Virus record (IMG/VR): IMGVR_UViG_3300033068_001610
Coordinates: 64,001 to 87,224 of that record
DNA from: a virus
Taxonomy: Duplodnaviria; Heunggongvirae; Uroviricota; Caudoviricetes
DNA length: 23,224 bases
Strand: one strand, 5' to 3'
Below, one piece after another: positions 11,601 through 18,037 of this stretch. The translations under genes and the position numbers were made by a program. The notes under the pieces were generated by a model that worked only from the letters and a program-made list of their open reading frames with translations, made no database searches and was not told the DNA's origin. Every line of letters starts with the position of its first letter. Positions within the stretch are counted from its first letter, which is position 1.

Positions 11601-12115
11601 TTTGGCACTTTTATATCTTTAGACATATAATAACCATACCATTCATTAGAATATAAACATTCTAAAGATGGATATCTCTCTAATACAATCTCATGTGTAA
11701 GATCTGGTTGGTGATGAGTCTCATGTATGTTTCCTTCATATTCTCCCTGTTCCATCATGTAAGGAACAGCTACTAAATATTCAATTCCTTTCTGTTGAAG
11801 TTTGTTTATAAATTTAGTAGCTTTATCAGTAGGAATGTGTTCAAGTACATCTCCTAAAATAATTAAATCATAATTATCTATATTAAAATCAAGAACATCT
11901 CCTAAATAAACATTGTCATATTTATCTCTAAGATTATATTGTTCAATATATGGTCTCCATATCTCTATAGCATCCATTCTATACCCAATATCATGGAGAA
12001 GATTATAGTAAGTTCCTTCTCCAGGGCCTACATCTAGTATCCTTTTTGTGTTTGGAATATTGTTTATAAAATATTCTCTAATTTCTTGTTTAAATACTGT
12101 ATAACTAGTTGGCAT
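8654..12115 (-). CDS. Four-domain protein: class I methyltransferase + GT-A-type glycosyltransferase + GT4 + BAHT (TibC/AAH-like) O-glycosyltransferase
   Basis: RILDVGPGEG (SAM binding); YIDSDS (DxD); ILFLAPHLSTGG and DIFMFNSTWECNPLVLKEAISYGLP (GT4); SKSLGDTIAWIPYVEEFRLKHNC and CNSCWN...DWDWCP...FECQKAIT (TibC-type four-Cys motif). Start placed at ATG 12115 because the TTG at 12136 lies inside a promoter motif. Confidence 0.85.
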   Translation of the reverse strand: MPTSYTVFKQEIREYFINNIPNTKRILDVGPGEGTYYNLLHDIGYRMDAIEIWRPYIEQYNLRDKYDNVYLGDVLDFNIDNYDLIILGDVLEHIPTDKATKFINKLQQKGIEYLVAVPYMMEQGEYEGNIHETHHQPDLTHEIVLERYPSLECLYSNEWYGYYMSKDIKVPKAYVLYATASYFKTVKGCVDSIRAVSDIPIFVYLLNFNNTIEGATTIYWPCNIVDKKQSKYIDRFNSDTYNILIQRPEIIKDCLLKYANVVAYIDSDSVATHNADQIFEMLPDKVSHPYFVEGMYDWLQYNDRGGVMDETEYHKSLEAPACKLFNVNQFVRQRYRQSGYFVASKWNIAFLNEWIWMCNHPEVKHNTPYYAPYNEETILNVLLWKYNIQKGLPYVYVNGGIELVKSIYKGEPIEDKAWLRIGNKENILFFHGEKSYPKMQEMRREIDKQKPINKIKILFLAPHLSTGGMPAFLLKRIEALLATGECEIFVVEYDCVSLDFVVQRNAIIKLIGQKNFYTLQQKQELINIINDIQPNIVHIDEMSERLNLNMIEKLYDDNRSYRIVETCHDISFKPKDKIYVPDAYAFCTPYHLNTFGNNEGYKKVIEFPIDKKEISNVLKEQSRLYLGMEPYVKQVINVGLWTPGKNQAEGIEIARNHPKVMFHFIGNQAGNFQDYWEPLMKNLPSNVKVWGERKDIHLFMQAADIFMFNSTWECNPLVLKEAISYGLPILARRLPQYCGIYDKYTHSLDPLHLVSNKLKTIMQKIPYEIPEDNTSEDFANNHIKLYKTIMKNKIPEFRKNSPSYKINCNFVGQPFVEVTGHSKSLFTIEFWDGETLVHSDKIPVNHWVRCNREYYTKWTIKVHKDDKLVYVNNLDYLNSRVYISFDSKSLGDTIAWIPYVEEFRLKHNCKVIVSTFHNSLFQEVYTDVEFVNPGSTVQNIYAMYKIGWFYNSDKEPVLPNTIPLQQTATNILGLEYVEIKPSIIVKTRQGTTKKYVTIATNSTAGCKFWTRENWQEVITYLYKKGYTVVNTSLEDNLFENCVSLQDKSMENTMYEIFNSEFFIGLSSGLTWLAWALGKEVIMISNFTNEEHEFKCHRPIVKSVCNSCWNNPNFKFDKGDWDWCPINKGTDKQFECQKAITSTMVINEINKIIK

Positions 12116-12130
12116 ATATTTAGTTTTAGA

Positions 12131-12141
12131 ATACAAATTTA
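12131..12141 (-). promoter_or_regulatory. Putative -7 promoter element TAAATTTGTAT for the GT/MT cassette
   Basis: Identical 11-mer to those at 3426 and 15042; TAAATTTG ends 18 nt upstream of ATG 12115. Confidence 0.55.
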
Positions 12142-12162
12142 TGAAAATTTTTTTTAATTAAC

Positions 12163-12233
12163 GCTATATTATAGTCACTAAAAAAATACAGCTATTGTTA
12201 TTAAAGGTTTTATTAATTACATTTGTTATTAAT
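12163..12233 (+). promoter_or_regulatory. Putative promoter for lysis cassette: GCTATATTATA-N5-TAAAAAA ... TACATTTGTTATTAAT
   Basis: TACATTTG at 12218-12225 with a TTG ending 20 nt upstream; same bipartite layout as 3372-3442. Confidence 0.6.
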
Positions 12234-12298
12234 TTTTAACCTATTAATAATATATCTGTTCATATATTAGATGATAAAAGAAATGTAAAACATTTACT

Positions 12299-12628
12299 AT
12301 GATGCCTGAAACTATCGAAAAACAGATTAAAGCAGAATTAAAAAGTATGGATCAGCGATTAGAAGATCTAGAGGGCAAAATGACCTCTATTGACACCAAA
12401 TTGACACAAGTAGTGGATGCAATTTTAGGAAATGCTTTAACGAAAGAGGGGGGTGTCATAGATGACATCAAGACTCTAAAAAATAAAATAAAGACATTAG
12501 AAGACAAATTAGCAGATCAAGAAGCATTTAAGAATAAAATACTTTGGACAATAGCTATTTTGGTAACTATTGGACTTATTATACAGTATATTTTAAGTAT
12601 ATATGTTTCTTTAAATAAAACAGCATGA
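12299..12628 (+). CDS. Coiled-coil protein with C-terminal TM helix (holin/XhlA-like candidate)
   Basis: Heptad-like helix followed by ILWTIAILVTIGLIIQYILSIYV; first gene of the lysis cluster. Confidence 0.55.
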   Translation: MMPETIEKQIKAELKSMDQRLEDLEGKMTSIDTKLTQVVDAILGNALTKEGGVIDDIKTLKNKIKTLEDKLADQEAFKNKILWTIAILVTIGLIIQYILSIYVSLNKTA

Positions 12629-13251
12629 TTTTTCCAAAAATATTATTATTTATAAAGAATAATTTCTTTAATTTATTAATAGCAGTTTTGGTATTGATAG
12701 TTTTATTACAAAGATGTGGAGGCCCTACTCCTACACCAGAGCTTCCTACAGTAAAAAAAGACACTGTATGGGTAGTAAAACAAAATATATACATAACAAA
12801 GCCAACTCTTGTACAAACTATTCCAGGAGAACCAGGAACTGATTTTATTCCAGATCCAAACTATTCTAAACTTGTATTACAATATCAATCTCTAGTTAAA
12901 GATTATATTGCCAAAAATATTCATAGAGATAGTATTAAAATAGATAGTATTGGGTATGTAAATATTGAAGATACTGTCAGTCATAACTTGATACAAGGAA
13001 GAAAAACTTCTTATAAATTTAAATATCCTGTTATAACAAATACAATAACACTTCCTCAAGAAAGGAAAAATCAATTGTATTTTGGGGGAGGATTAGAAAG
13101 TAATCCTATGGCAGGTAGTATGGAGTTTAATGTTGGTTTATTATTAAAAAATAAAAAAGACCAAATTTTTAATGTATATGGTGGAGTGGATACTAGAGGA
13201 GATTATCAAATAGGATTACAATCATATTGGAAAATTAAATTACACAAATAA
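12625..13251 (+). CDS. Membrane-anchored/lipoprotein, spanin-like candidate
   Basis: N-terminal hydrophobic stretch ending LLQRC-GG (possible lipobox), Pro-rich linker and C-terminal amphipathic beta strands; ATGA coupling with the previous gene. Confidence 0.5.
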   Translation: MIFPKILLFIKNNFFNLLIAVLVLIVLLQRCGGPTPTPELPTVKKDTVWVVKQNIYITKPTLVQTIPGEPGTDFIPDPNYSKLVLQYQSLVKDYIAKNIHRDSIKIDSIGYVNIEDTVSHNLIQGRKTSYKFKYPVITNTITLPQERKNQLYFGGGLESNPMAGSMEFNVGLLLKNKKDQIFNVYGGVDTRGDYQIGLQSYWKIKLHK

Positions 13252-13252
13252 A

Positions 13253-13516
13253 ATGTTTATAACTTTATTTAAATATATTGAACCTATTTGGTTAGGATCT
13301 GATAACAAGGTTTCTATTCGTAGAGTATTAACCTTGATATTTTCATTTAATTTAGTTTGGAATATTTCAAAAACAATCAATAATATTAAACCTGGACAAA
13401 CCTATGCAGATGTTGCCATTTTATTGGGTGTAGAAGCTGGTTTAATTGCTGCACTTATGAGTTTAACTACTTATAGTACCTCTATTATAAACAAAAAATC
13501 AATTACAGAATCTTAA
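13253..13516 (+). CDS. Two-TM protein, holin candidate
   Basis: 87 aa, two hydrophobic segments, K.SIRRV motif before TM1, near the endolysin gene. Confidence 0.55.
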   Translation: MFITLFKYIEPIWLGSDNKVSIRRVLTLIFSFNLVWNISKTINNIKPGQTYADVAILLGVEAGLIAALMSLTTYSTSIINKKSITES

Positions 13517-13527
13517 ACAGACTAATC

Positions 13528-14106
13528 ATGAGTATATTTATAAAAGCTGGACTTTGGTCTCAGAAAGCAAAAGGATTTTTAGGAGAGTTTAATTTAACTA
13601 AATATATAAAGGATTTAATAGCTGAAACTCCAGTAGAAGGGGGTGTAACAAAGATATATGTAGATGCTAAAGTAGCTACAAGTATTCCTTTAACTGGAAC
13701 TACACCTAGTAACCCTGTTAGTGGTGAAATTGAAGTATTAGAAACAGCAAAAGGTATATGGTCAAAGGGTGGTTCATATCCAGATGATTATTCTGGTATA
13801 TTTTTAGGAGAGGGTTCGTCTGGATTATATTTTAGAAATTTGTTTGATAATAATGAAGTATCAATTAGAACATATGATAGCGGAGTAGTTATTTCTGACA
13901 ATAGATTAACAGCAATAGGATTAACAGGACTTCAAGACTTTTCCCCAAATATCACAGATTTAGATTACACACAAAAAATATATGTAGATGCATTACTTCC
14001 ACAAGTAGCTAATGATTTTGCTAATGATGCAGCAGCAGCTATTGGTGGAATAGCTGTAGGTAGACTATATCATACAGCAGGTGTAGTTAAAATAAGATTA
14101 AGTTAA
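13528..14106 (+). CDS. Hypothetical virion-type protein (192 aa)
   Basis: C-terminal FANDAAAAIGGIAVGRLYHTAGVVKIRL resembles ends of phage fibre-like proteins (from memory). Confidence 0.5.
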   Translation: MSIFIKAGLWSQKAKGFLGEFNLTKYIKDLIAETPVEGGVTKIYVDAKVATSIPLTGTTPSNPVSGEIEVLETAKGIWSKGGSYPDDYSGIFLGEGSSGLYFRNLFDNNEVSIRTYDSGVVISDNRLTAIGLTGLQDFSPNITDLDYTQKIYVDALLPQVANDFANDAAAAIGGIAVGRLYHTAGVVKIRLS

Positions 14107-14134
14107 ATTATATAATTAAAAATCAATAATTATT

Positions 14135-14581
14135 ATGGTAACAAGTGCACAAGCTTTAAAAAAATATGGTGATCCTGTTAAGGAAGCGTCAATGGTTCTT
14201 TGGGATGTTCCTACAGAACTGGAAATAGGTGTAATACCTAAAAGACTTTATTGTAATAGAGACATGATAGGTCCATTATCTAAAGCTTTTAAAAATCTTA
14301 TAGATAGGGGATTTGTAAATGAACTTAAAACTTTTGATGGTTGCTTTAATATTCGTAAAAAACGAGCTTTAAACTCTATGTCTTTACATTCTTGGGGTAT
14401 TGCAATAGATATGAACGCTTCTGATAATGTTTTAGGAAAATCTAGAAAAGAATTAATAGCTTTAGGAAGAAACCCATTTAGTGAAGGATTTTTACAATGT
14501 TTTCGTGATGCTAGTTTTGATTGTGGTGCTGACTGGGTATCTCGTCCTGATTTTATGCATGTTCAATTATCTAAAATATAA
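14135..14581 (+). CDS. M15 family Zn peptidase, endolysin
   Basis: FNIRKKR...SLHSWGIAIDMN (SxH-x6-D) and DFMHVQL (third Zn ligand). Confidence 0.88.
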   Translation: MVTSAQALKKYGDPVKEASMVLWDVPTELEIGVIPKRLYCNRDMIGPLSKAFKNLIDRGFVNELKTFDGCFNIRKKRALNSMSLHSWGIAIDMNASDNVLGKSRKELIALGRNPFSEGFLQCFRDASFDCGADWVSRPDFMHVQLSKI

Positions 14582-14682
14582 TGAACGCAGGAATATATAG
14601 TATATTTTGTGTTTCTAATAATAAATATTATATTGGTCAAGTAAATAGATATGGAGTTATTTATAAATTAAAAACTATATAA
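14581..14682 (+). pseudogene. Truncated GIY-YIG homing endonuclease remnant (33 aa)
   Basis: MNAGIYSIFCVSNNKYYIGQ... has the GIY-x10-YIG motif and then stops; TAATG coupling to the endolysin stop. Confidence 0.75.
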
Positions 14683-14684
14683 TA

Positions 14685-14804
14685 ATGGCAAAAGTAGAAA
14701 ATTCACGTAAAATTGTGTTTGGTGCTAAGAAATCAGGTAGACATAGTAAGTCATATGGTCCTAAAGTAGAACGTCCCAAGAAATATAGAGGACAAGGTAG
14801 ATAA
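14685..14804 (+). CDS. Small basic protein (39 aa) ending KKYRGQGR
   Basis: MAKVENSRKIVFGAKKSGRHSKSYGPKVERPKKYRGQGR; tightly packed with neighbours. Confidence 0.7.
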   Translation: MAKVENSRKIVFGAKKSGRHSKSYGPKVERPKKYRGQGR

Positions 14805-14816
14805 CATCATCATCTA

Positions 14817-14891
14817 ATGCAAGCCTTACTGTTTACAATAGTAATGTGTTTGTATTTTTATTTATTAATAAAATATTCAAACGAAAAATAA
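14817..14891 (+). CDS. Possible 24-aa hydrophobic peptide
   Basis: MQALLFTIVMCLYFYLLIKYSNEK fills the gap between two small ORFs. Confidence 0.35.
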   Translation: MQALLFTIVMCLYFYLLIKYSNEK

Positions 14892-14892
14892 A

Positions 14893-15039
14893 ATGGCAAT
14901 TCCAGATAGACAAATAGGACAAGCTTCTAGTACAGAAGCTCAGTTGTTGCATCAAATCTCTAAACAACTAGAGAGATTGATTGCAGTGACAAGTGCATCT
15001 TATGTGCACACAACTACAACTACTACTACTGTAGTTTAA
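14893..15039 (+). CDS. Small protein with poly-Thr tail (48 aa), not in ORF track
   Basis: MAIPDRQIGQASSTEAQLLHQISKQLERLIAVTSASYVHTTTTTTTVV; Thr codons vary (ACA/ACT). Confidence 0.75.
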   Translation: MAIPDRQIGQASSTEAQLLHQISKQLERLIAVTSASYVHTTTTTTTVV

Positions 15040-15041
15040 AA

Positions 15042-15057
15042 TAAATTTGTATATTTG
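15042..15057 (+). promoter_or_regulatory. Tandem TAnnTTTG elements (TAAATTTG, TATATTTG)
   Basis: Two adjacent Bacteroidota -7 matches ending 26 nt upstream of ATG 15084. Confidence 0.55.
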
Positions 15058-15083
15058 TACATTATAAACCAATAATTACAAAT

Positions 15084-16100
15084 ATGAGAGATTTAAAATT
15101 TCTAACAGTATGTCCAGATGATACTTATTATACTTGGCAAGTCAACCTTTGGTTGGAAAGTTTAAAAGATATTGGGCATTCAGATAAAGCAATTATTCTT
15201 GTTTTTATACCTAAAGGAAGAATAAAAAATACTAAATGGGAAGCTATAGTTAATCTATATCCAGAAGCTGAGTTTCAGTTTTATAATGATGAGGATGATT
15301 TAACTAGATTATTAGGAGTTTATATTCCTGTATTGCGTCCTTATACAGCATGGAGATATTTTAAAGATTTTCCTGAGAGAAAAGCAGATGCTATTTTTTA
15401 CTGTGATTCAGATATTTTATTTACAGAAGATTTTAATGTAGATAAATTTTTAGATGATGAAGTTTGTTATCTTTCTGATACTAACAGTTATATTAATGCT
15501 TCTTATTTTGATAGTAAAATCAACCAAGTTTTACCAGAAAAACTAGAAGAGTATAAAACTAGAGATATTCTTTCTGAAATTGCCAGCGTTATTGGTATTG
15601 ATAGACAGGTAGCTGAAGAAAATAATTTAAATTCAGGAGGTGCACAATATCTTCTTAAAAATTTAGATTCCTATTTTTGGAGTAAGGTGATGAATGATTG
15701 TCTTCTTATAAGAACCTACCTTCAGACAGTTAATAGGGAGTTTTTTAAAGATGAAAATTCTGGATTTCAAAGTTGGTGTGCTGATATGTGGGCTGTTCTT
15801 TGGAACCTTTGGTTAAGAAATCAGGAAACTAAAGTGGTACCTGAATTAAATTTCGCATGGGCAACAGACCCAATTGAAAAATTAGAAACAACAACAATAT
15901 TTCATAATGCTGGTATAGTTTCTGAGACAGGGAATGGTTATCCTGCTTTTTATAAAGGTAAATATATAGGAGGACAAGATCCTACAAAAGATCAATATCT
16001 AGATGTAATTCTAAATGATGAGATTTCTAAAACAAAATGTACTTGGTTTTATACTAACAAATTAAAACAATTAAGTCAAAAATATAAAATTAACTATTAA
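15084..16100 (+). CDS. GT-A fold glycosyltransferase resembling peptidyl-serine galactosyltransferase/hydroxyproline arabinosyltransferase (GT96/GT95-like)
   Basis: TYYTWQ, YIPVLRP, IFYCDSDILF (DxD), SGGAQY and SWCADMWA occur in the same order as plant SERGT1/HPAT motifs as I recall them (YFDWQ, YPAINKP, ILDADM, VGG, GWISEMYG). Confidence 0.6.
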   Translation: MRDLKFLTVCPDDTYYTWQVNLWLESLKDIGHSDKAIILVFIPKGRIKNTKWEAIVNLYPEAEFQFYNDEDDLTRLLGVYIPVLRPYTAWRYFKDFPERKADAIFYCDSDILFTEDFNVDKFLDDEVCYLSDTNSYINASYFDSKINQVLPEKLEEYKTRDILSEIASVIGIDRQVAEENNLNSGGAQYLLKNLDSYFWSKVMNDCLLIRTYLQTVNREFFKDENSGFQSWCADMWAVLWNLWLRNQETKVVPELNFAWATDPIEKLETTTIFHNAGIVSETGNGYPAFYKGKYIGGQDPTKDQYLDVILNDEISKTKCTWFYTNKLKQLSQKYKINY

Positions 16101-16111
16101 AAACAATTATT

Positions 16112-16315
16112 ATGAGTTCAAATAAGAGAGACCTTAAGGCCTTTGTACGCTTCGATGGAAGTGGTAGAGTTGTTGCAGGAAGTTTAATCTTGCGAAGAAG
16201 TAAACCTAAAGTGGGTAAATGGCAGGAAATTATTGGGTATGAGTGTTGTAATCCTACAACCACTACAACTACAACTGTAGCTCCTACAACCACAACAACC
16301 ACTACAATTATTTAA
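16112..16315 (+). CDS. Small basic protein with Thr-rich tail (67 aa)
   Basis: Basic beta-rich N-terminus, then CCNP-T7-VAP-T7-II. Confidence 0.75.
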   Translation: MSSNKRDLKAFVRFDGSGRVVAGSLILRRSKPKVGKWQEIIGYECCNPTTTTTTTVAPTTTTTTTII

Positions 16316-16326
16316 TATAATTTGTA

Positions 16327-16740
16327 ATGGCAACCCAGTCTTTGTTTCCTGAACAGATGCTTAGAGCATCTTCAGAAGGCTTAACTTTAGAAGTTATAGC
16401 AGGTAAATTGACCTATTTTCATGAGCAATTACATTTATTGCATTGGCAAACTAAATCATATGCAGAACACCAAGCTTTGGGTGGATTGTATGATTATGTT
16501 CACACATTTAAAGATGATCTTGTGGAAAAAATAATGGGCTATTGTGGTAAAAGACCAGGTGTATATAAAATAGATCCTTTAAATATGTCTTCTTCTGAAA
16601 TAGTTGTTAATGATCTTTTGCAATTTGCAACAAAATTAAAACAATATGGAGAAGCTAATGCTTATCATGATGTTTGTAATTTAGCAGATTCATTGTCAGG
16701 AGAAGTGGCTAAAGTTAAATATCTTTTAACTTTGTCATAA
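16327..16740 (+). CDS. Ferritin-like/Dps-like protein (DUF5856 type)
   Basis: HLLHWQTKSYAEHQALGGLYD...DDLVEKIMG and a C-terminal helix ending KYLLTL. Confidence 0.75.
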   Translation: MATQSLFPEQMLRASSEGLTLEVIAGKLTYFHEQLHLLHWQTKSYAEHQALGGLYDYVHTFKDDLVEKIMGYCGKRPGVYKIDPLNMSSSEIVVNDLLQFATKLKQYGEANAYHDVCNLADSLSGEVAKVKYLLTLS

Positions 16741-17024
16741 TGGAAGTAAACAAAAAACATTTTCCTAAGATGATGCAAGATAATGATGAAACATTTCTTG
16801 CACATCTTGAAGGTGTAATATCTTCTGTAGATGAATTGTGTTCATTAGAAATATCTAAAAGTATAAACTCTTATAGATTTAGAATAGCTCCTAGTCTTCC
16901 TATGTATAACAACATGTTGATAGAAGAAATATTTAAATTTTGTAATTTATTTCATATAAAATTAGATATGAGTAAATCTATAACTACTTCAGCTGTTATA
17001 GTTTTTGATATAACATTAAATTAA
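16740..17024 (+). CDS. Hypothetical protein (94 aa)
   Basis: TAATG coupling with the upstream gene; normal composition. Confidence 0.7.
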   Translation: MEVNKKHFPKMMQDNDETFLAHLEGVISSVDELCSLEISKSINSYRFRIAPSLPMYNNMLIEEIFKFCNLFHIKLDMSKSITTSAVIVFDITLN

Positions 17025-17079
17025 TTTTGTTATAAAATTTTATTTAACTAATTTTACCCCCTTAAATCATAAAAATATT

Positions 17080-17433
17080 ATGGCAACAATCAAAAAAGCA
17101 CAGAATGGTGTTAGAGCAGGAATAACTAAAGGACCAGATGGTGGTTTTACAGCTACTCCTTATGAGAAAAAAACTAGTTTTAATACAGTGAGAGGTAAAA
17201 AAATAGAAAGAGTTATTACTAATACCAAAACAGGAACATCTTCAAAAACCAAGATGAATACCAAAGAAGATGATGCTGCTAAAAGAAAACAAACAATAGA
17301 TAGTACATCTACTATGAGAAACAGAGATTTTAATGCTAGACAAACCAATCTTGAAAGAGTTGTAGGTAGAAATCTAGGATTAGCTGAATATAAATCTGGG
17401 GGCAAATTGTCTAAATCTAAAAAGAAAAAATAA
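17080..17433 (+). CDS. Lys-rich small protein (MATIKKAQNG...YKSGG)
   Basis: Very basic; terminal motifs shared with the next ORF. Confidence 0.7.
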   Translation: MATIKKAQNGVRAGITKGPDGGFTATPYEKKTSFNTVRGKKIERVITNTKTGTSSKTKMNTKEDDAAKRKQTIDSTSTMRNRDFNARQTNLERVVGRNLGLAEYKSGGKLSKSKKKK

Positions 17434-17666
17434 TGGCAACAGTTAAAAAATTTCAATCAGGAGGATCAAAAGGTAAAAAAGCTGTAGGGGCTGAAGGAAG
17501 AAGTAGAGGATCTGTTTCTGTAGGAGGCAATCCTAAATTGGATGATAAGCCTAAGGCTAAATACACTCCTACTAAAAAAGAGGCCAAGAATCTTAAAGAT
17601 GCTACACAAATGAAAAACATGCGTCCAGTATTTAAATCAGGAGGAATGGCTAAAAAAGGATGTTAA
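17433..17666 (+). CDS. Lys-rich small protein (MATVKKFQSGG...FKSGG)
   Basis: TAATG coupling; paralogous termini with the previous ORF. Confidence 0.7.
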   Translation: MATVKKFQSGGSKGKKAVGAEGRSRGSVSVGGNPKLDDKPKAKYTPTKKEAKNLKDATQMKNMRPVFKSGGMAKKGC

Positions 17667-17667
17667 T

Positions 17668-17760
17668 ATGAAACTTATAAAACCAACAACTCAGCAGCCT
17701 AAAGTTTTAGTTCCTAGAGATAGATCTATTACTATTAAATTAATTATAAATAGAAAATAA
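17668..17760 (+). CDS. Possible 30-aa basic peptide
   Basis: MKLIKPTTQQPKVLVPRDRSITIKLIINRK; 1 nt after the previous stop and TAATG-coupled to the next ORF. Confidence 0.5.
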   Translation: MKLIKPTTQQPKVLVPRDRSITIKLIINRK

Positions 17761-17918
17761 TGGACTCAAGTAAAGCCAAAAAAGCAGGAGCACCAAGAAA
17801 AGCACCTAAGGTGAAAGCTCCAAGTAAAAAAAACCCTAATTATATGAAGGAAAATGTCCCTTCACAAACTAAGGGATCTGCTCAATGGCCTATGAAGTCT
17901 AAAAGATTAAGTAAATAA
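17760..17918 (+). CDS. Lys/Ala/Pro-rich small protein (52 aa), histone-H1-like composition
   Basis: MDSSKAKKAGAPRKAPKVKAPSKKNPNYMKE...; last gene before the terminator. Confidence 0.65.
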   Translation: MDSSKAKKAGAPRKAPKVKAPSKKNPNYMKENVPSQTKGSAQWPMKSKRLSK

Positions 17919-17947
17919 GTTCATCTTACCATTTGGAAGAAGGAAAT

Positions 17948-17983
17948 AAAAAAACCCACTAGCTTGATTTAGTGGGTTTTTTT
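17948..17983. terminator. Bidirectional rho-independent terminator
   Basis: AAAAAAACCCACTA-gcttgatt-TAGTGGGTTTTTTT: perfect 14-bp inverted repeat with a U-tract on both strands, between convergent gene blocks. Confidence 0.92.
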
Positions 17984-18037
17984 GTAATGTTAAATAAAAT
18001 TTACAATTATAGTACTTTTTGTAAATTATATTTAATG

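Noticed and set aside
12134-12136. TTG start for the multidomain GT
   Set aside because: Lies inside the TAAATTTGTAT promoter-like motif; ATG 12115 is preferred.
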